From contig NC_043005.1 in NCBI RefSeq assembly GCF_006345805.1, forward strand, positions 64,170,001 to 64,234,000: a stretch of DNA of 64,000 nt, read 5' to 3'. Of this stretch, positions 1 through 13,682 are shown piece after piece. Each line of letters starts with the position of its first letter. The first letter of the stretch is position 1. Source of the DNA: Octopus sinensis. Taxonomy: Eukaryota. The notes beneath the pieces were generated by a model. That model worked only from the letters and a program-made list of their open reading frames with translations. It made no database searches and was not told the DNA's origin. The position numbers and the translations under genes were made by a program.

Positions 1-50
1 TGTAACTATATACATGAGAATACATACTTAAAACATACACATTTGCAGAT

Positions 51-142
<92 letters not shown>

Positions 143-175
143 AAGTGGAGTTGTAAGGTACCGCACGACTGGAAT

Positions 176-241
176 TATATATGAAAGATGGTTTGAAAAT
201 GAAATTTTAAAATTGCATTTTCAAACCTTCTTTCATATATA
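176..241. repeat. 66-bp near-perfect palindrome without spacer
   Basis: tatatatgaaagatggtttgaaaatgaaatttt|aaaattgcattttcaaaccttctttcatatata; centre at 208/209, two mismatched pairs. Confidence 0.9.
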
Positions 242-261
242 TATATGCATAATTTAAAACA

Positions 262-446
262 TTTGCACACACAAATATGTATGTACACACACACACACTC
301 ACATACACACAGAAACACACACACACCCACCTATGTATGTACATATACATTCGTACGTGCATTCATATATACACTGTCACATACATTCACACACATATCT
401 GTATGTACACACACACAGACACACACACACACGTTTATGAATTGTA
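262..446 (-). repeat. Single inverted copy (~1.3 units) of the 1365-2663 minisatellite
   Basis: Reverse complement matches the unit (atgaatgcacgtacgaatgtatatgtacatacatagg) and its terminus tacaa(a)ttcataaacgtgtg. Confidence 0.8.
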
Positions 447-1364
447 ATCGGTCCCGTCTACTTCAAGATCCGCAAACTCATTCATACTTCTATAATGACC
501 GAATGAAGAGATCCGGGAAGTGCAAGATGGCTACCGAAAGATGGGTTGTTATTTGTCGAGGATGGTCACATGGTGTTATAGTGAATAATGTCAATTCCGT
601 TGCGACATCACTTCCATCAGTAAAGGGAGATTACTTGACCGCGTGATTGGACGTGAAACTGGCGGCGTCCGTGTATCTGGATATGGCCGGTGAGCATATG
701 AGTTTGCACGGATACAAACAACATTGTAAGCAAACCCATATACATGCACAAACACACATACAGAAACTTCACAAATTTCACAATAACAACAAAAACACGA
801 ACAACAGTAACAACCACGATGGCACCAACATATACGAACACACAAACACAGACAGATAGAAGAACAATATGGAAAGTAAAGGCCAAGAACAGTAGGAACA
901 GCAACAGAAGAGGAGCGTCAAAGTATCACCAAGAACAAAAATAGAAAGGGTACGGATATAAACAGTATAGCGGGCAAGCTCATATACACATACATAAGCA
1001 CACATGCGAAACACATAGACACGCTACGCACACGCACGCACACACACACATCCGCTCACAGATACACATGCAAACGCATGTACAGATACGGGTACACATC
1101 ATAGAAGGACAGAATGCACTAAGCGGAGTAGGAGGATCCACGTGGACGGAAAAAATCGCTGAAGAAGTTACAGATGTGTGACAAAAGATTTCCGGACGAT
1201 AGACATAAGATTAAAAAAAAGAACAGTAATAAACGAGTGAAGAACGAATATATAGTACGCGTACTTATTTGCACACACACCTCTTAAAAAAAAATATCAA
1301 ACTACCAGCCTGAAATATAACAATATTTGTTTTAAAACACGGTTTCACATCAGGAATCTTGCAA

Positions 1365-2663
1365 TACAAATTCATAAACGTGTGTGTGTGTGTGTGTGTG
1401 TGTTTGTATGTATGTACATACATATATGTGTGTGCATGTATGTGACTGTGTATACATGAATGTACGTACGAATGTATATGTACATACATAGGCGTGTGTG
1501 TGTGTATGTGTGTATGTTTCTGTATGCATGTATGTCTGTGTGTGTGTGTGCGTACATATATGTGTGTGTATGTATTTGACTGTGTATACATGAATGTACG
1601 TACGAATGTATATGTACATACATAGGCGTGTGTGTGTGTATGTGTGTATGTTTCTGTATGCATGTATGTCTGTGTGTGTGTGTGCGTACATATATGTGTG
1701 TGTATGTATTTGACTGTGTATACATGAATGTACGTACGAATGTATATGTACATACATAGGCGTGTGTGTGTGTATGTTTCTGTGTGCATGTATGTCTGTG
1801 TGTGTGTACATACATATATGTGTGTGTATGTATTTGACTGTGTATACATGAATGCACGTACGAATATATATGTACATACATAGGCGTGTGTGTGTATGTG
1901 TGTATGTTTCTGTGTGCATGTATGTCTGTGTCTGTGTGTGTGTACATACATATATGTGTGTGTATGTATTTGATTGTGTATACATGAATGCACGTACGAA
2001 TGTATATGTACGTACATAGGTGTGTGTGTGTGTGTTTCTGTGTGCATGTATGTCTGTGTGTGTGTACATACATATATGTGTGTGTATGTATTTGACTGTG
2101 TATACATGAATGCACGTACGAATATATATGTACATACATAGGCGTGTGTGTGTATGTGTGTATGTTTCTGTGTGCATGTATGTCTGTGTCTGTGTGTGTG
2201 TACATACATATATGTGTGTGTATGTATTTGATTGTGTATACATGAATGCACGTACGAATGTATATGTACGTACATAGGTGTGTGTGTGTGTGTTTCTGTG
2301 TGTATGCATGTCTGTGTGTGTGTACATACATATATGTGTGTGTATGTATTTGACTGTGTATACATGAATGTACGTACGAATGTATATGTACATACATAGG
2401 CGTGTGTGTGTATGTGTGTATGTTTCTGTGTGCATGTATGTCTCTGTGTGTGTGTGTACATACATATATGTGTGTGTATGTATTTGACTGTGTATACATG
2501 AATGCACGTACGAATGTATATGTACATACATAGGTGTGTGTGTGTGTTTCTGTGTGTATGCCTGTCTGTGTGTGTATATACATATATGTGTGTGTATATA
2601 TGTGACTGTGTATACATGAATGCATGTACGAATGTATATGTACATACATAGGTGTGTGTGTGT
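1365..2663 (+). repeat. TG/TA-rich minisatellite, ~10 units of 118-136 bp
   Basis: Anchor ga(c/t)tgtgtatacatgaatg at 1444, 1578, 1712, 1836, 1972, 2094, 2230, 2352, 2486 and 2604. Confidence 0.95.
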
Positions 2664-2984
2664 AACTTAGTAGGTCCGTAGGTTTATATTTTTCTGCTTT
2701 ATGCAGACGGACATATCAATTCAAATGTACATAATAACGAAATAGGAGTCTATTTTTCCGTTTGTAGTTGCAAAATTTAGTTTGCGTCGATCAAAGGATG
2801 AATTTAAAAGATCTCAACTGAAATATTTGCACATATCGATTGATTCGTTCAGTTTCTACCATTTCACCTCGAACTATCTGATCATAAGGTAAATTTGAGC
2901 AGACAGCCAAACGATATATCATCATTCTTGTCGCAGCTATCTGCATTATTCTTATCAGCACCAATGGCCGTGGTTGTTGACTTT

Positions 2985-3690
2985 TCATCATCATCATCAC
3001 CACTATCATCACCGTTGTCATAATCAACATTATAATCATTATAATCGCCGCCGTCGTCACCGTTCTTGTTGTTTCATCATAATCGTCGTCGTGGTCATCA
3101 TCATCATTATCCTCATCATCATAATTATCGTTGTCGTCGTTGTCGTCGTCGTTTCATCATCATTATCATCATCATCATCATCATCACCACCACTATCATC
3201 ATCATATTCATCACCATCATCATCATCATCCCCACCATCATCACCACCTTCACCACCACCATCACCACCACCACCATCATCATCACCATCATCATCATCA
3301 TCATCACCACCACCATCATCACCACCATCATCGCCACCATCATCATCACCATCATCATCTTCATCACCATCATCACCATCATCATTATCATCATCATCAC
3401 CATCATCACCATCATCATCATCCCTGTGATTGTCGTCTACTCATCATTCTTGTTATCCTCATCATCACCCTTATTACTATCGATATTAATATCATTAATA
3501 CCACAATCATCGATGCTGGCGTTGTCTTCACTGTCTTTGTCATCACATCATCGTCTCTACTCGCATCGTCATTCTCTTCGTCATTGTCATCACCATCCCT
3601 ATAATCATCAACTTTGTAGTTGTCTTGACCATCATCCTCATCTTCATCATCTTCGTTGTCGTCTTCATTATCTTCATCCTTCTCATTATC
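2985..3690. repeat. Degenerate (CAT/CAC/CGT)n trinucleotide microsatellite
   Basis: Long catcatcaccat runs; explains the poly-H/S/I/M ORFs. Confidence 0.95.
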
Positions 3691-4586
3691 ACCGTGTTGG
3701 CATTGCAAAACCTTTAATCATATTTGGCAGGAAAACTTTCAAAGTTGCGCACCTATGCAGTCTACGTGTCTTATTTCTTGAATCTGAATTTTTTGGCAGA
3801 TTGATGTATTACATCGATTTCTTTAATCCTCCCTTTTTTTCTTTCTTAGCTCCCTCCATCTACGTTGAATAAAGAGAATTTTTCAAAACGACAACTTACC
3901 TTCCTCTTCTTAATAGAGTAATTACGTTATCTTTGTACTCACCATATTTTACAAACCCAAGATTACCAAGATATGGCCAACTATGAGACTATCCAGTAGA
4001 ACTACTAACTGTACTATTTTGTTCGAGCAGCTTTATACATGACATAGCTCTGTCTACTGATGCAGAGATGAATAGAACAGTCTACTCCTGGCAAGCCCCT
4101 CCATCCTCTTCAGGCGTCACCAAGGAGCTACAAAGAAATCCTTTGACACACTTAATGTCATTTAAAAACATTAACGTCTCTAAAGCGTTCTTGAGTTCTA
4201 AACATTAAAACAGCATAACCCACAGCAAAGGTGGGTGATGAACTTTACAGTCGATTTCAATGTATGGAATTCAGTTGTTCGATCGATTTGTTAAGCAGCT
4301 TATTCAATCAGAGTGCAAATTAGTAGAGTACTTCACAGAGAAATCTTTCATTCATTTACCTCTCGAGAGAAATCGACGTGACACAAACATAACAAGGATG
4401 GGTCTTTGAATTATATGTACGGCCTATCCACCTGGCTTCCATAGTTTCCGTTAATTTAAATCCACTCATCAAGTTTGGATCACACACGGATCTACGGTAA
4501 ATGTACTTGCCTAAGATACACAAGTAAAATTGGACATGAGACCTCCCGTTTGCAGCGCGAACTTCTTAACTACTCGGTCGAGTCTG

Positions 4587-4704
4587 TGTCCACTAAGACA
4601 GGATAGTCATAAATAAAAGCCAATTAAACAGAGGTTTAAATATTCTGTCCACTAAGACAGGATAGTCATAAATAAAAGCCAATTAAACAGAGGTTTAAAT
4701 ATTC
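4587..4704. repeat. Exact 59-bp tandem duplication
   Basis: tgtccactaagacaggatagtcataaataaaagccaattaaacagaggtttaaatattc occurs twice (4587-4645, 4646-4704). Confidence 0.95.
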
Positions 4705-5568
4705 TGTGTGTAGTAGACTTAAACCGTCACCCAATTTGACATTACAGCCCTCTGAACCCTTGTTTTTCGTCAGCAGACTAAAACACTCAAACACTACAAC
4801 TAAAACACTCAAACTGAGTCTTTGGTCAGAAGATAAACCAGTAAGCGTGGTTTATTTTTTCCTATCCATAACAATAAAGTAGGGGACTCACTACAGAACA
4901 TCTTATATTAAGCTGTAAGATAAAATATCAAAAAATTAAAAACAGTAAATATCAACATATAAATGCTAAGCAATAATAAAAACTAACTATGTTGGTTCCC
5001 ATAGATTATGAAAAATATTAAAATAAATGAAGAGTAACAACTATAACTAGATACGAGTGAATCTTCACAAATAGGACGGAGTCTGACGGAGGGCGATCAA
5101 CATAAAGCGCTACAACATATATATTCTTGTAGTTTCAATTGCGATAAATGCCCAACACTATTTTTAACCTTCTGTCAATCCCTGCTACGTTGCAATGTAA
5201 TTTAAAACAGTTGTAACGGATTTCTGCCGTGTTGAACATTGCTTATGGGTAAATTCATATGTTAGTGTGAATTCTAGATGGAATAATAGTCCTAAATGCA
5301 TTTCGTATAGCATATTTATTCAATTCACAGATAAACATCGTTTGCTGACGTGAATTATTAACGATGTACATCAATATTTTAGTGTTAAAGATTCACAGAA
5401 ACCCTGTTTCTGCGAGTTTTACACATGGTTGTCAACAATGTGTTATATTTCTGCAAGGATCAGATTACTAAATCAGATAAAATTGAAATAAAAATAAATG
5501 GTTATGCCATCCGAATTATCATTATGGCGTCGCTCACAAATCATTCCAACATCTAAACTGCAGATGTA

Positions 5569-5673
<105 letters not shown>

Positions 5674-6854
5674 GATTCTGCTGTTGGCACAGTAGTTTCT
5701 ACTCCTCTAGAGTGATTGTTCTCGTGCTATGTTCATCTAGGCCCACCAGATTCAGTGATCTCCTCCGCTTTCGTCGACTTTATTATGTACACAACCCCTT
5801 AGCTGCCCTAACAATTAAGACCGATCTTTCCTTCCTTGATCTCTAGGTAGTTTATCCAATGGAAATCCTTCCTCGTTCGTGTTTTTCTTGCAGTCATTGA
5901 TTTTCAATTGCTCAAAAAAAGCATCAAATACATTGACCCCATCAGTCACAGACGATCTTCGCAGGCCGACTACAGCAAAGTTCCTTCCTCCAGACCAAAC
6001 TGTTAAAAAGAGGTATCGATGGATGTATAAGAGTATGAAAATTAATAGTTATCTAAACAGCCATAAAAAGTGTAGGGAAAGAGCTGGCAGTCAAACTGAG
6101 ATGTTTTCCAAAGTGAAACATGAAGACTGTAGAAGGTAATTTGTGGGAGATTTGGTTGCTATTTCTAGCAGATTGAGTAACCACATAGGCACTCCTTCGT
6201 TGACTCGTTTTCTTCAGTGCTGCTGCTATCGATATTTATCCTTAAGTCGGCCCTATTTCACCTTACATCAAACACATTCCAACCGTTGTTATCTTGTCTG
6301 CTATTCTGTTTAAGATCCTATTATCCATTGTTCTTACTATTCTTAAGAATTGGTTGGAATATCAATGGACAGTCATGTTAAATCATACAACAGAAGTATG
6401 AAGAATGTTTTACCATAACAAATGCGTAGACTTTATCATTAAGACATTAACTTTAGGACATTAACAATGTGAAACTTGGATACAAATCCATCATTTATTC
6501 TCTGCAAGGTTATAATGCCATTGAAACTTTAAATTGAAGCTTAAAACCATCATCTGAAATCTTCTTCTTTCTGGGGAACTTAATTTTCTAGATGGATTGG
6601 CCGTTTTCAGTTATCATTGACAACCAATGAGCTTTAGTCTACCTTACATCATTTCTTCCCCCGAGAAAAATCAAGCGTGTACGATTTCCCATTTTCCTCT
6701 ATGAAAACAAATCATCAAAATATTATATTTCACGTTGTTCCAATCGACTCACACGGCAAAAATGAGTGGTACCTCTTCTTCAAAGAGCTATCCATGTCAC
6801 ATACTGTGTCACACTGAATCTCCCTGAGAACTGAGAACTATGGTACGCGTTTCT

Positions 6855-7255
6855 TATTTCTTTATTGTCCACAAGAGGCTAATCATAGAGGGGACAAACA
6901 AGGACAGACACACGGATTAAGTCGATTATATCGACCCCAGTGCGTAACTGGTACTTATTTAATCGACCCCGAAAGGATGAAAGGTTAAGTAGACCTCGGC
7001 GGGATTTGAACTCAGAACGTAGCAGCAGATGAAATACCTATTTCTTTACTGCCAACAAGGGGCTACGCACAGAGGGGATAAACAAGGACAGAAAAACGGA
7101 TTAAGTCGATTATGTCGACCCCATTTAATCGACCCCGAAAGAATGAAAGGCTAAGTAGACCTCGGCGGAACTTGAACTCAGAACGTAGCGGCAGACAAAA
7201 TACCGCTAAGTATTTCGCCTAGCGTGCTAATGATTCTGCCAGCTCGCCAACTTAG
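6855..7255 (-). mobile_element. SINE family B (Meta-domain-like core, Tx1-like tail), head-to-tail dimer with 17-bp TSD
   Basis: Two cores (gcctttcatcctttcggggtcgat on minus), internal junction at 7037/7038; TSD ctatggtacgcgtttct at 6838-6854 and 7256-7272. Confidence 0.9.
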
Positions 7256-7589
7256 CTATGGTACGCGTTTCTGTGGAGTGCTCAACTACATGCACGTTAA
7301 TTTCACGAGTAGGTTGTTCCGTTGATCAGATCAACTGGAAACCTCGTCGTCGCAAACGACGGAGTGCCAATTTTAATTTATTTTTTTCCCTAACACTGTC
7401 TTTTGAAACAAAGTTTAGTAATACTTATTTTCTATAAATAATACAGGAGAGTTCAGTTACTAAAGTTTTATCTTCTTAATTGTTGAATACAAACCACAGT
7501 TTTAGCTTAATAATCCATATCACTAAACAAAGGAAATTTTCTTATTTATGTTTATTTTCCTAGATATCGAAAAATATAGATTAGTCTCT

Positions 7590-7621
7590 ATTTCTTTGTC
7601 TCGTTCATTCAGTTTCTTTGT

Positions 7622-7660
<39 letters not shown>

Positions 7661-7834
7661 CATTTCTCTCTCTCTCCCTTTATGTTTAATTTAATAAGTT
7701 TACCTACATAGAATATAAGAATATCAGTGTCTATCTATTCCTTCATGAGTCTCTTTCTTTGTTTTCCTCTCTCCTCTCTCTCATTTTCTCTCCCTCTCTC
7801 TCTCTCTCTATCTCTCTCTCTACCATCCGCGCTT

Positions 7835-7877
<43 letters not shown>

Positions 7878-8090
7878 TTCTCTCACTCTTTTTTCTGATC
7901 TTTCTCTTCCTCTAACTGTTTTCCTCTCTCTCTTTTTTCTCCTTCTCTCTCCCTCCCTCTCTCTCTTTCCCCTTCTTTCTCTCACTCAATAGTTCTCTAC
8001 CTTCCGCTCTCTCCCCCTTCAAAAGCACTAGCTCTGTCTTCCTCCTAATCTTTCTCACTCTCCATCCTTTTGTTCCCCTCGCGAAAAGAC
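7590..8090. repeat. CT-rich polypyrimidine low-complexity tract
   Basis: Interrupted (CT)n runs. Confidence 0.9.
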
Positions 8091-8175
8091 AGAATCTCCG
8101 CAAAGATAAACATATCCAGATTCAAAGCAACGCATTAAAAAACATAAGCAAAATGTATTGGAATTAACTAAATAT

Positions 8176-8608
8176 TCTTTTCTACTAAAAGCACAAGGCT
8201 TAAAAGTTTTTGGTGAGGTAGGGATTAGTCGATTACATTGACCCCAATGCTTGACTGCTACTTATTTTACCGGCTCCGAAAGGGATAAAAGATAAAGTCG
8301 ACATCGGTGGAATTTGAACTCATGGCTTGAAGACGGACGAAATGACGCTGAGCATTTGCCCGGGGGTGCTAACGATTCATATTTCTTAATTGCCCACAAG
8401 GAGCTAAACATAGAGAGGACAAACAAGAACAAACGGATTAAGTCGATTACATTGACTCCAGCACGTAACTAGTACTTAATTTATTGACCCCGAAACGATG
8501 AAAGGCAAAGTCGACCTCGATGGAATCTGAACTCAGAACGTAACGGCAGACGAAACACCGCTAAGTATTTCGCCCGGCGAGCTAACGATTCTGCAAACTC
8601 GCTGCCTT
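8176..8608 (-). mobile_element. SINE B composite: young tailed copy nested in an older copy
   Basis: Old body 8190-8380, then a young copy 8381-8608; the whole is flanked by aattaactaaatat (8162 and 8611). Confidence 0.8.
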
Positions 8609-9249
8609 GAAATTAACTAAATATGATCAGCAAAGCTACTGAGTCACTAAAAACATGAGGATGTAATGTTTATGCATATTCATAAACAACGATTTATAGT
8701 TATTTAGTTCATTAATGTTCGGTCGACAGACTTCAACCAATATACAAGCTATTTGCATCTAGAAACGTATTGGTTTATATGTTTGCAAGCAACCTTAAGA
8801 CGTTATCATTAGCATCTATTAACTTTGAAGGGTTAAGTGAGCAAATGTTAATGAATTTTTTATATACAAGAATGAAACCGTTTGGTTCAATTGTTGTCCC
8901 TAACTACTAAAACGGTCTTTGTAGGGCTTAACTTCACATCGTGACTAAATACGTTTTGTTACAATTGTCTGTGATCAGGTGGCTATTGATAAAGATATAC
9001 TGTCTAGATCTACGAATATAATCTTTTCAGAAGACTTTTGTTTAGATTTATGTTATTCGCATAAGATGATCTCTTCAACTAACGAAAGATGTCTTTGTTG
9101 CAAATAAGCGAATGAATGTTTATACCTAAGGATATATTCTTACGTTAATGATAGATTTTGAAAAGATGAAGCTGAACAATGGAAATTCTAATAATGGTAA
9201 TATTGTTTGCAATAATTTGGTGATGCTGGTGTTAATTATAATGGTTTCT

Positions 9250-9615
9250 GATTTAGGCGATTTTGGCACAAGGCCAGCACTTTTGAGGGGGAAGGTATTA
9301 ATCAATACTATTGACACCAGTACTTAACTGGTATTTTCTTTCATCCACCCCGAAAGGATGAAAGGTAAAGTTAACCTCGGTGGAATTTGAACTCCGAACG
9401 TAACGAGACGGAAGAAATGTCGCTAAGAATTAGTGACTGACGCGCTAACGATTCTACCAGCTTACTGATGATAATGATGGTGGTGGTTTCAAATTTTGGT
9501 ACAAGGTTAGTAATTTTGGGAGGTGCAGTAATCGATTGCATCGACCCCGGAAGAATGAAAGACAAAGTTGACCTCAACGAAATTTGAACTCAGAACGCAA
9601 AGACGGATGAAATGC
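9250..9615 (-). mobile_element. Older SINE B copies (two fragments)
   Basis: cccgaaaggatgaaaggtaaagttaacctcggtggaatttgaactc core occurs twice. Confidence 0.75.
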
Positions 9616-10603
9616 TTATGTCCACATATGTTATATGACATATGACATATGTTCATATTGGCACGTTTGGGAAATATAGTTTGTATGAAATCGGCTGGAA
9701 ACGTCCGATCAGGTTTGCAAAGCTTTTGTAGACCACCCTCCTATCAGCTAGCCCCATACAGTCCAAACACTCATTCAACGTAAATTTCACTAACTCCCAC
9801 GAGCAAGTTATTCCAAGGAAAACCTTAGACTCCCGAAGAAATTTAGTTTCCCAACCCCTGTCAGGATGTAGACAGCTACTAGTTTGAACCCACTCCTGCG
9901 CTCAGGTCCAGAACCACCGGCTTACCTTCCAAGTAAGGTTGATTCAGACCTCTCCGAAACAAAACAGCGGCTCCACTACCCAAACCCGGTCGTCTTGAAG
10001 AGGCATACACCCCGTTTCTATAGAAAATGGGAATGAAGACTCATCGTCCGGAGTTCCTGATCTCTCGTTGGTGGCCACCACACCTATATCGATCTGAGGT
10101 TACTGAGAAGGTAGCCATGTTCCTATGGTAACCCCTGACAAAGGCATTTATACTATTCTAAGGCCATTTGACGGAATGAGGAAGGTTTAGAAAAGCCACT
10201 TTATTCTTAAGGAAAGACAGGTATTTCATTCCTCTCGCCGGTTGTCGGTGTCTTGGCGTTGATTCTGGTATTGCAGCAAGCCCTACGAAAGTGTCTCTTA
10301 GTTTCGGTTTATATTAACAGATGTAAATGATATTTTAATGGAAACGTAGTAACATATGAAACGGTCATCTCCCTTTCAATTGTATAATTGTTCTTACTGA
10401 CATAAGCCCTCCTGACATTATTAATTTTATTCATCTTAGATCATTGTCTCGTAATTAACTGCTGTACTGTATTCTTTACACGCCTAAATCTTTATTCTAG
10501 TCTCGTTAGTGATTATTCACCTGTCAAAATGCTTCATTTACAGTCGTGTTGCTTATTAAAATGACGTGGACATTGATTATTTCTCCTGGTGTTGCGTTGT
10601 TTA

Positions 10604-10612
10604 CACACACAG

Positions 10613-10645
<33 letters not shown>

Positions 10646-10802
10646 TACACACACACACATATATATATACATATGTACATATACATATATACATATATAT
10701 ATATACATACATATATATACATATATATGTACATATATGTATGTGTGTATTTATCTATATTATGTATATATATATATATATATATATATTGTATGTATAT
10801 AA
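10604..10802. repeat. (CA)n/(TA)n compound microsatellite
   Basis: Direct reading. Confidence 0.95.
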
Positions 10803-11565
10803 TACACAGTGGCTGTCAACTCCTAGACGAATAGGACCATCACTGACAAATCATTTTATCTTAGATGTTAAAAACAACGCTGTCATCAATATCTGTGATG
10901 TATATTATATGAATTAATATCAAAAACAGGTCGCACAACGCCGCTAAATCTCTCATCTACAAAGCTAAGCAATCAATAAACAACAAAAGGCAAAATCTCC
11001 GGCTTCGGAATTTCCATGTCCTAGCTCCTAGAGAGATGTCTAAACAAAGACTAGGGATCTCTCGCTCTCAGCTGTTGGATGACTATTGACTCTAATGAAT
11101 GCATTTGTCCGTTGACAGTTTTTGTTTTCCATCCTACAGGATGTCCAATAAAAACCATATATCTTGCCAAGCAAGTTTGATAGGGTCGCCAGTTTAATAG
11201 CCGACAGACTGACCATGCAACAGAGTGTATTGAGGTGCATGTTACAAGTAGCATTAAGAATGACCTGACATAAATACATACACATATCCGCATTACAAGT
11301 TCAGGTTTATACCTGTAATTATTGGAGCACTGGAATATGTAAATACACTGTCTAAGTTTCAATCTTCAAGAATTCGGCTTCTCAAAACCAGAAAAAAGAA
11401 AGCTGATTCGAAGACTAAAATCCAAGCCATCAATAGAACTGTAAAAGTCTGTAAAACTTTCCAGAAGTTTATCATTTAAGTATATATTAGCATGTACAGA
11501 CATGAACTTATATGCAAGAAAATGCATACATAACACAAAACATACAAATCTGTACGTGTACATTC

Positions 11566-11614
11566 ATACATACATACATACATACATACATACATACATA
11601 CATACATACATACA

Positions 11615-11648
<34 letters not shown>

Positions 11649-11652
11649 CATA
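11566..11652. repeat. (CATA)n microsatellite
   Basis: Direct reading. Confidence 0.97.
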
Positions 11653-12429
11653 CCCTGTTGATGTTCAAATTCCAATGAAGGAGCCTTGTATCAAGGTTAT
11701 AAACCGGTTCTTTCTCTATTGGAAAGAAATCTTGAAATAAAACTGAATAATGACACATACATATATACAGTCGTACATAATGAATAGCCTAAGAAAAATT
11801 TAATCACATCGGTTCAGTTCAGTGTTAGTTTCAAAATGGTTTCAAAATGTAGGAATTCCAAGAAAAAAAATTGGACTCACCATATCAGGGAAAAAGAAGA
11901 ATAACTCATTTGTAATAATCGAAGTTAGCAAAGATATAGTTAGTTGACATGCGCCTTTGCTTAGTATAACATTTATATTTTCTCCGATAAACTCTATATA
12001 GCTTTTGTGTTGCAGAATATATTTTAGTCCCAATTATTTAAGATATTACTTATGTCAAAGAGTTGATCTCCGTTGGTTTCAGCGATAATTTATTTAGTTG
12101 TTCTATCATCCACACCACATGCACATTCAATTAGCATGAAAATCCAAAGACACGCGTCGACTAACATAAGACTGAAGCGGAATCAGCGTCCGTCAGTCGG
12201 ACACAGGATATGACATGACTGGAAATTTAAATTACAGGTGCTATCCATTCGATAGGCTTCCAATTAGTTTCTATCTGTTTTCAATCAGGAGAATTGGATG
12301 GACCCGACGATATAGTTAAAAACCACATTCAAACACCACATGTTTGGTACCGAATCCATAACCTTGTGATTGTGTGACGAGCACTTTAAACATCTGACTA
12401 CACTGCGTCGACAATGTTTAATAATTAGA

Positions 12430-12980
12430 GAGCGGTAAACTGGCAGAATCATTAGCACGCTGGACGAAATACTTAGCGGCATTTCGTCTACCGCGACGTT
12501 CTGAGTTCAAATTCTGCATAAGTCGACTTTGCTTTTCATCCTTTCGGCGTCGATTAAATAAGTACCAATTACGCACTGGAGTCGATGTCATCGACTTAAT
12601 CTCTTTGTCTGTCTTTGTTTGTCCTTTCTATGTTTAGCCCTCTGTGGGCAATAAACAAATAAATGGTTTTTTTATAGTTAGAAAAGAAATACCGTAGTCT
12701 AGAATGCAAACTAATATCTTTTTTAATATTTTGCCCCTTAGATTAGGCGGCGAGCTGGCAGAAACGTCAGTCAGCACACTAAGTAAGACAGTGAGCTGGT
12801 AGGATTGGTAGCACGCCAGACAAAATGCTCAGAGACATTTCGTCTTTACCTTCTGGATTCAAATTCTGCCGAGGTCGACTTTTCCTTTAATCCTCATCGC
12901 GGTCGATAAAATAAGTACCAGTTGAACACGATGTAATCGACTCGAAATTGTTGGCATTGTGTCAAAATTTGAAACTAATA
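12430..12980 (+). mobile_element. Two SINE B copies (tailed 12430-12662; older 12745-12980)
   Basis: ctggcagaatcattagcacgc...gagttcaaattc...gtcgactttgc(t/c)tttcatcc; the first ends gtttagccctctgtgggcaataaacaaat. Confidence 0.85.
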
Positions 12981-13194
12981 TTTTTCCCCTTTGATGCAGG
13001 GTCCAATATTGACTCTAAAAATAGTATATATTCTTAAAAGACTCATATAATATGTACGTTGTTTAAAATAAGCATACATTTATTTGAAACAATCCAATGA
13101 AAGGAGTATTTGCATAGCTAATCAACTTGCTTTATGAGGTAGGTAAATCTCTTGTAATAAACCTGCGACCTTTAAAATAGGATGATAATATAAG

Positions 13195-13412
13195 TACTCT
13201 TTACTCTTTTTACTCTTTTACTTGTTTCAGTCATTTGACAGCAGCCATGCTGGAGCACTGCCTTTAGTCGAGCAAATCGAAACCAGGACCTATCCTTTGT
13301 AAGCCTAGTACTTATTCTATCGGTCCCTTTTGCCGAACCCCTAAGTTATAGGGATGTAAACATACCAGCATCGGTTGTCAAGCTTTTGGGGGGGACAAAC
13401 ACAGACACACAA

Positions 13413-13503
<91 letters not shown>

Positions 13504-13682
13504 CATATATACATATATACGACGGGCTTCTTTCCGTTTCTGTCTACCAAATCCTCTCACAAGGCTTTGGTCGGCCTGAGGCTATAGTAGAATACACTTG
13601 GCCAAGGTGCCATGCAGTGGGACTGAACCCGAAACCATGTGGTTGCTAAGCAAGCTATTTACCACATAGCCACTCCTACACC
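13195..13682 (-). mobile_element. SINE family A (tRNA-derived head, CORE-like motif, internal (TA)n(TG)n)
   Basis: Minus strand: gtggctatgtggtaa (A box), ggttcagtccc (B box), accttggccaagtg (CORE-like); tail aaacaagtaaaagagtaaaaagagta. Confidence 0.88.

Noticed and set aside
1265-2649. Three 425-450 aa H/T/Y-rich ORFs
   Set aside because: Open in all three minus frames because the minisatellite lacks stop codons; not protein-like.
1365-2663. CRISPR-like regular array
   Set aside because: Units are wholly repeated with no unique spacers, there are no cas genes, and the context is eukaryotic.
2974-3872. Poly-His/Ser/Ile/Met ORFs
   Set aside because: Translations of a (CAT)n microsatellite.
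10060-10140. Possible HDV-like ribozyme (ggggttac/gtaacctc pairing on minus)
   Set aside because: Could not place P1.1, P2, P3 or the catalytic C in the required order.
11040-11362. Cys-containing ORFs
   Set aside because: No recognisable domain, and length is within chance expectation.
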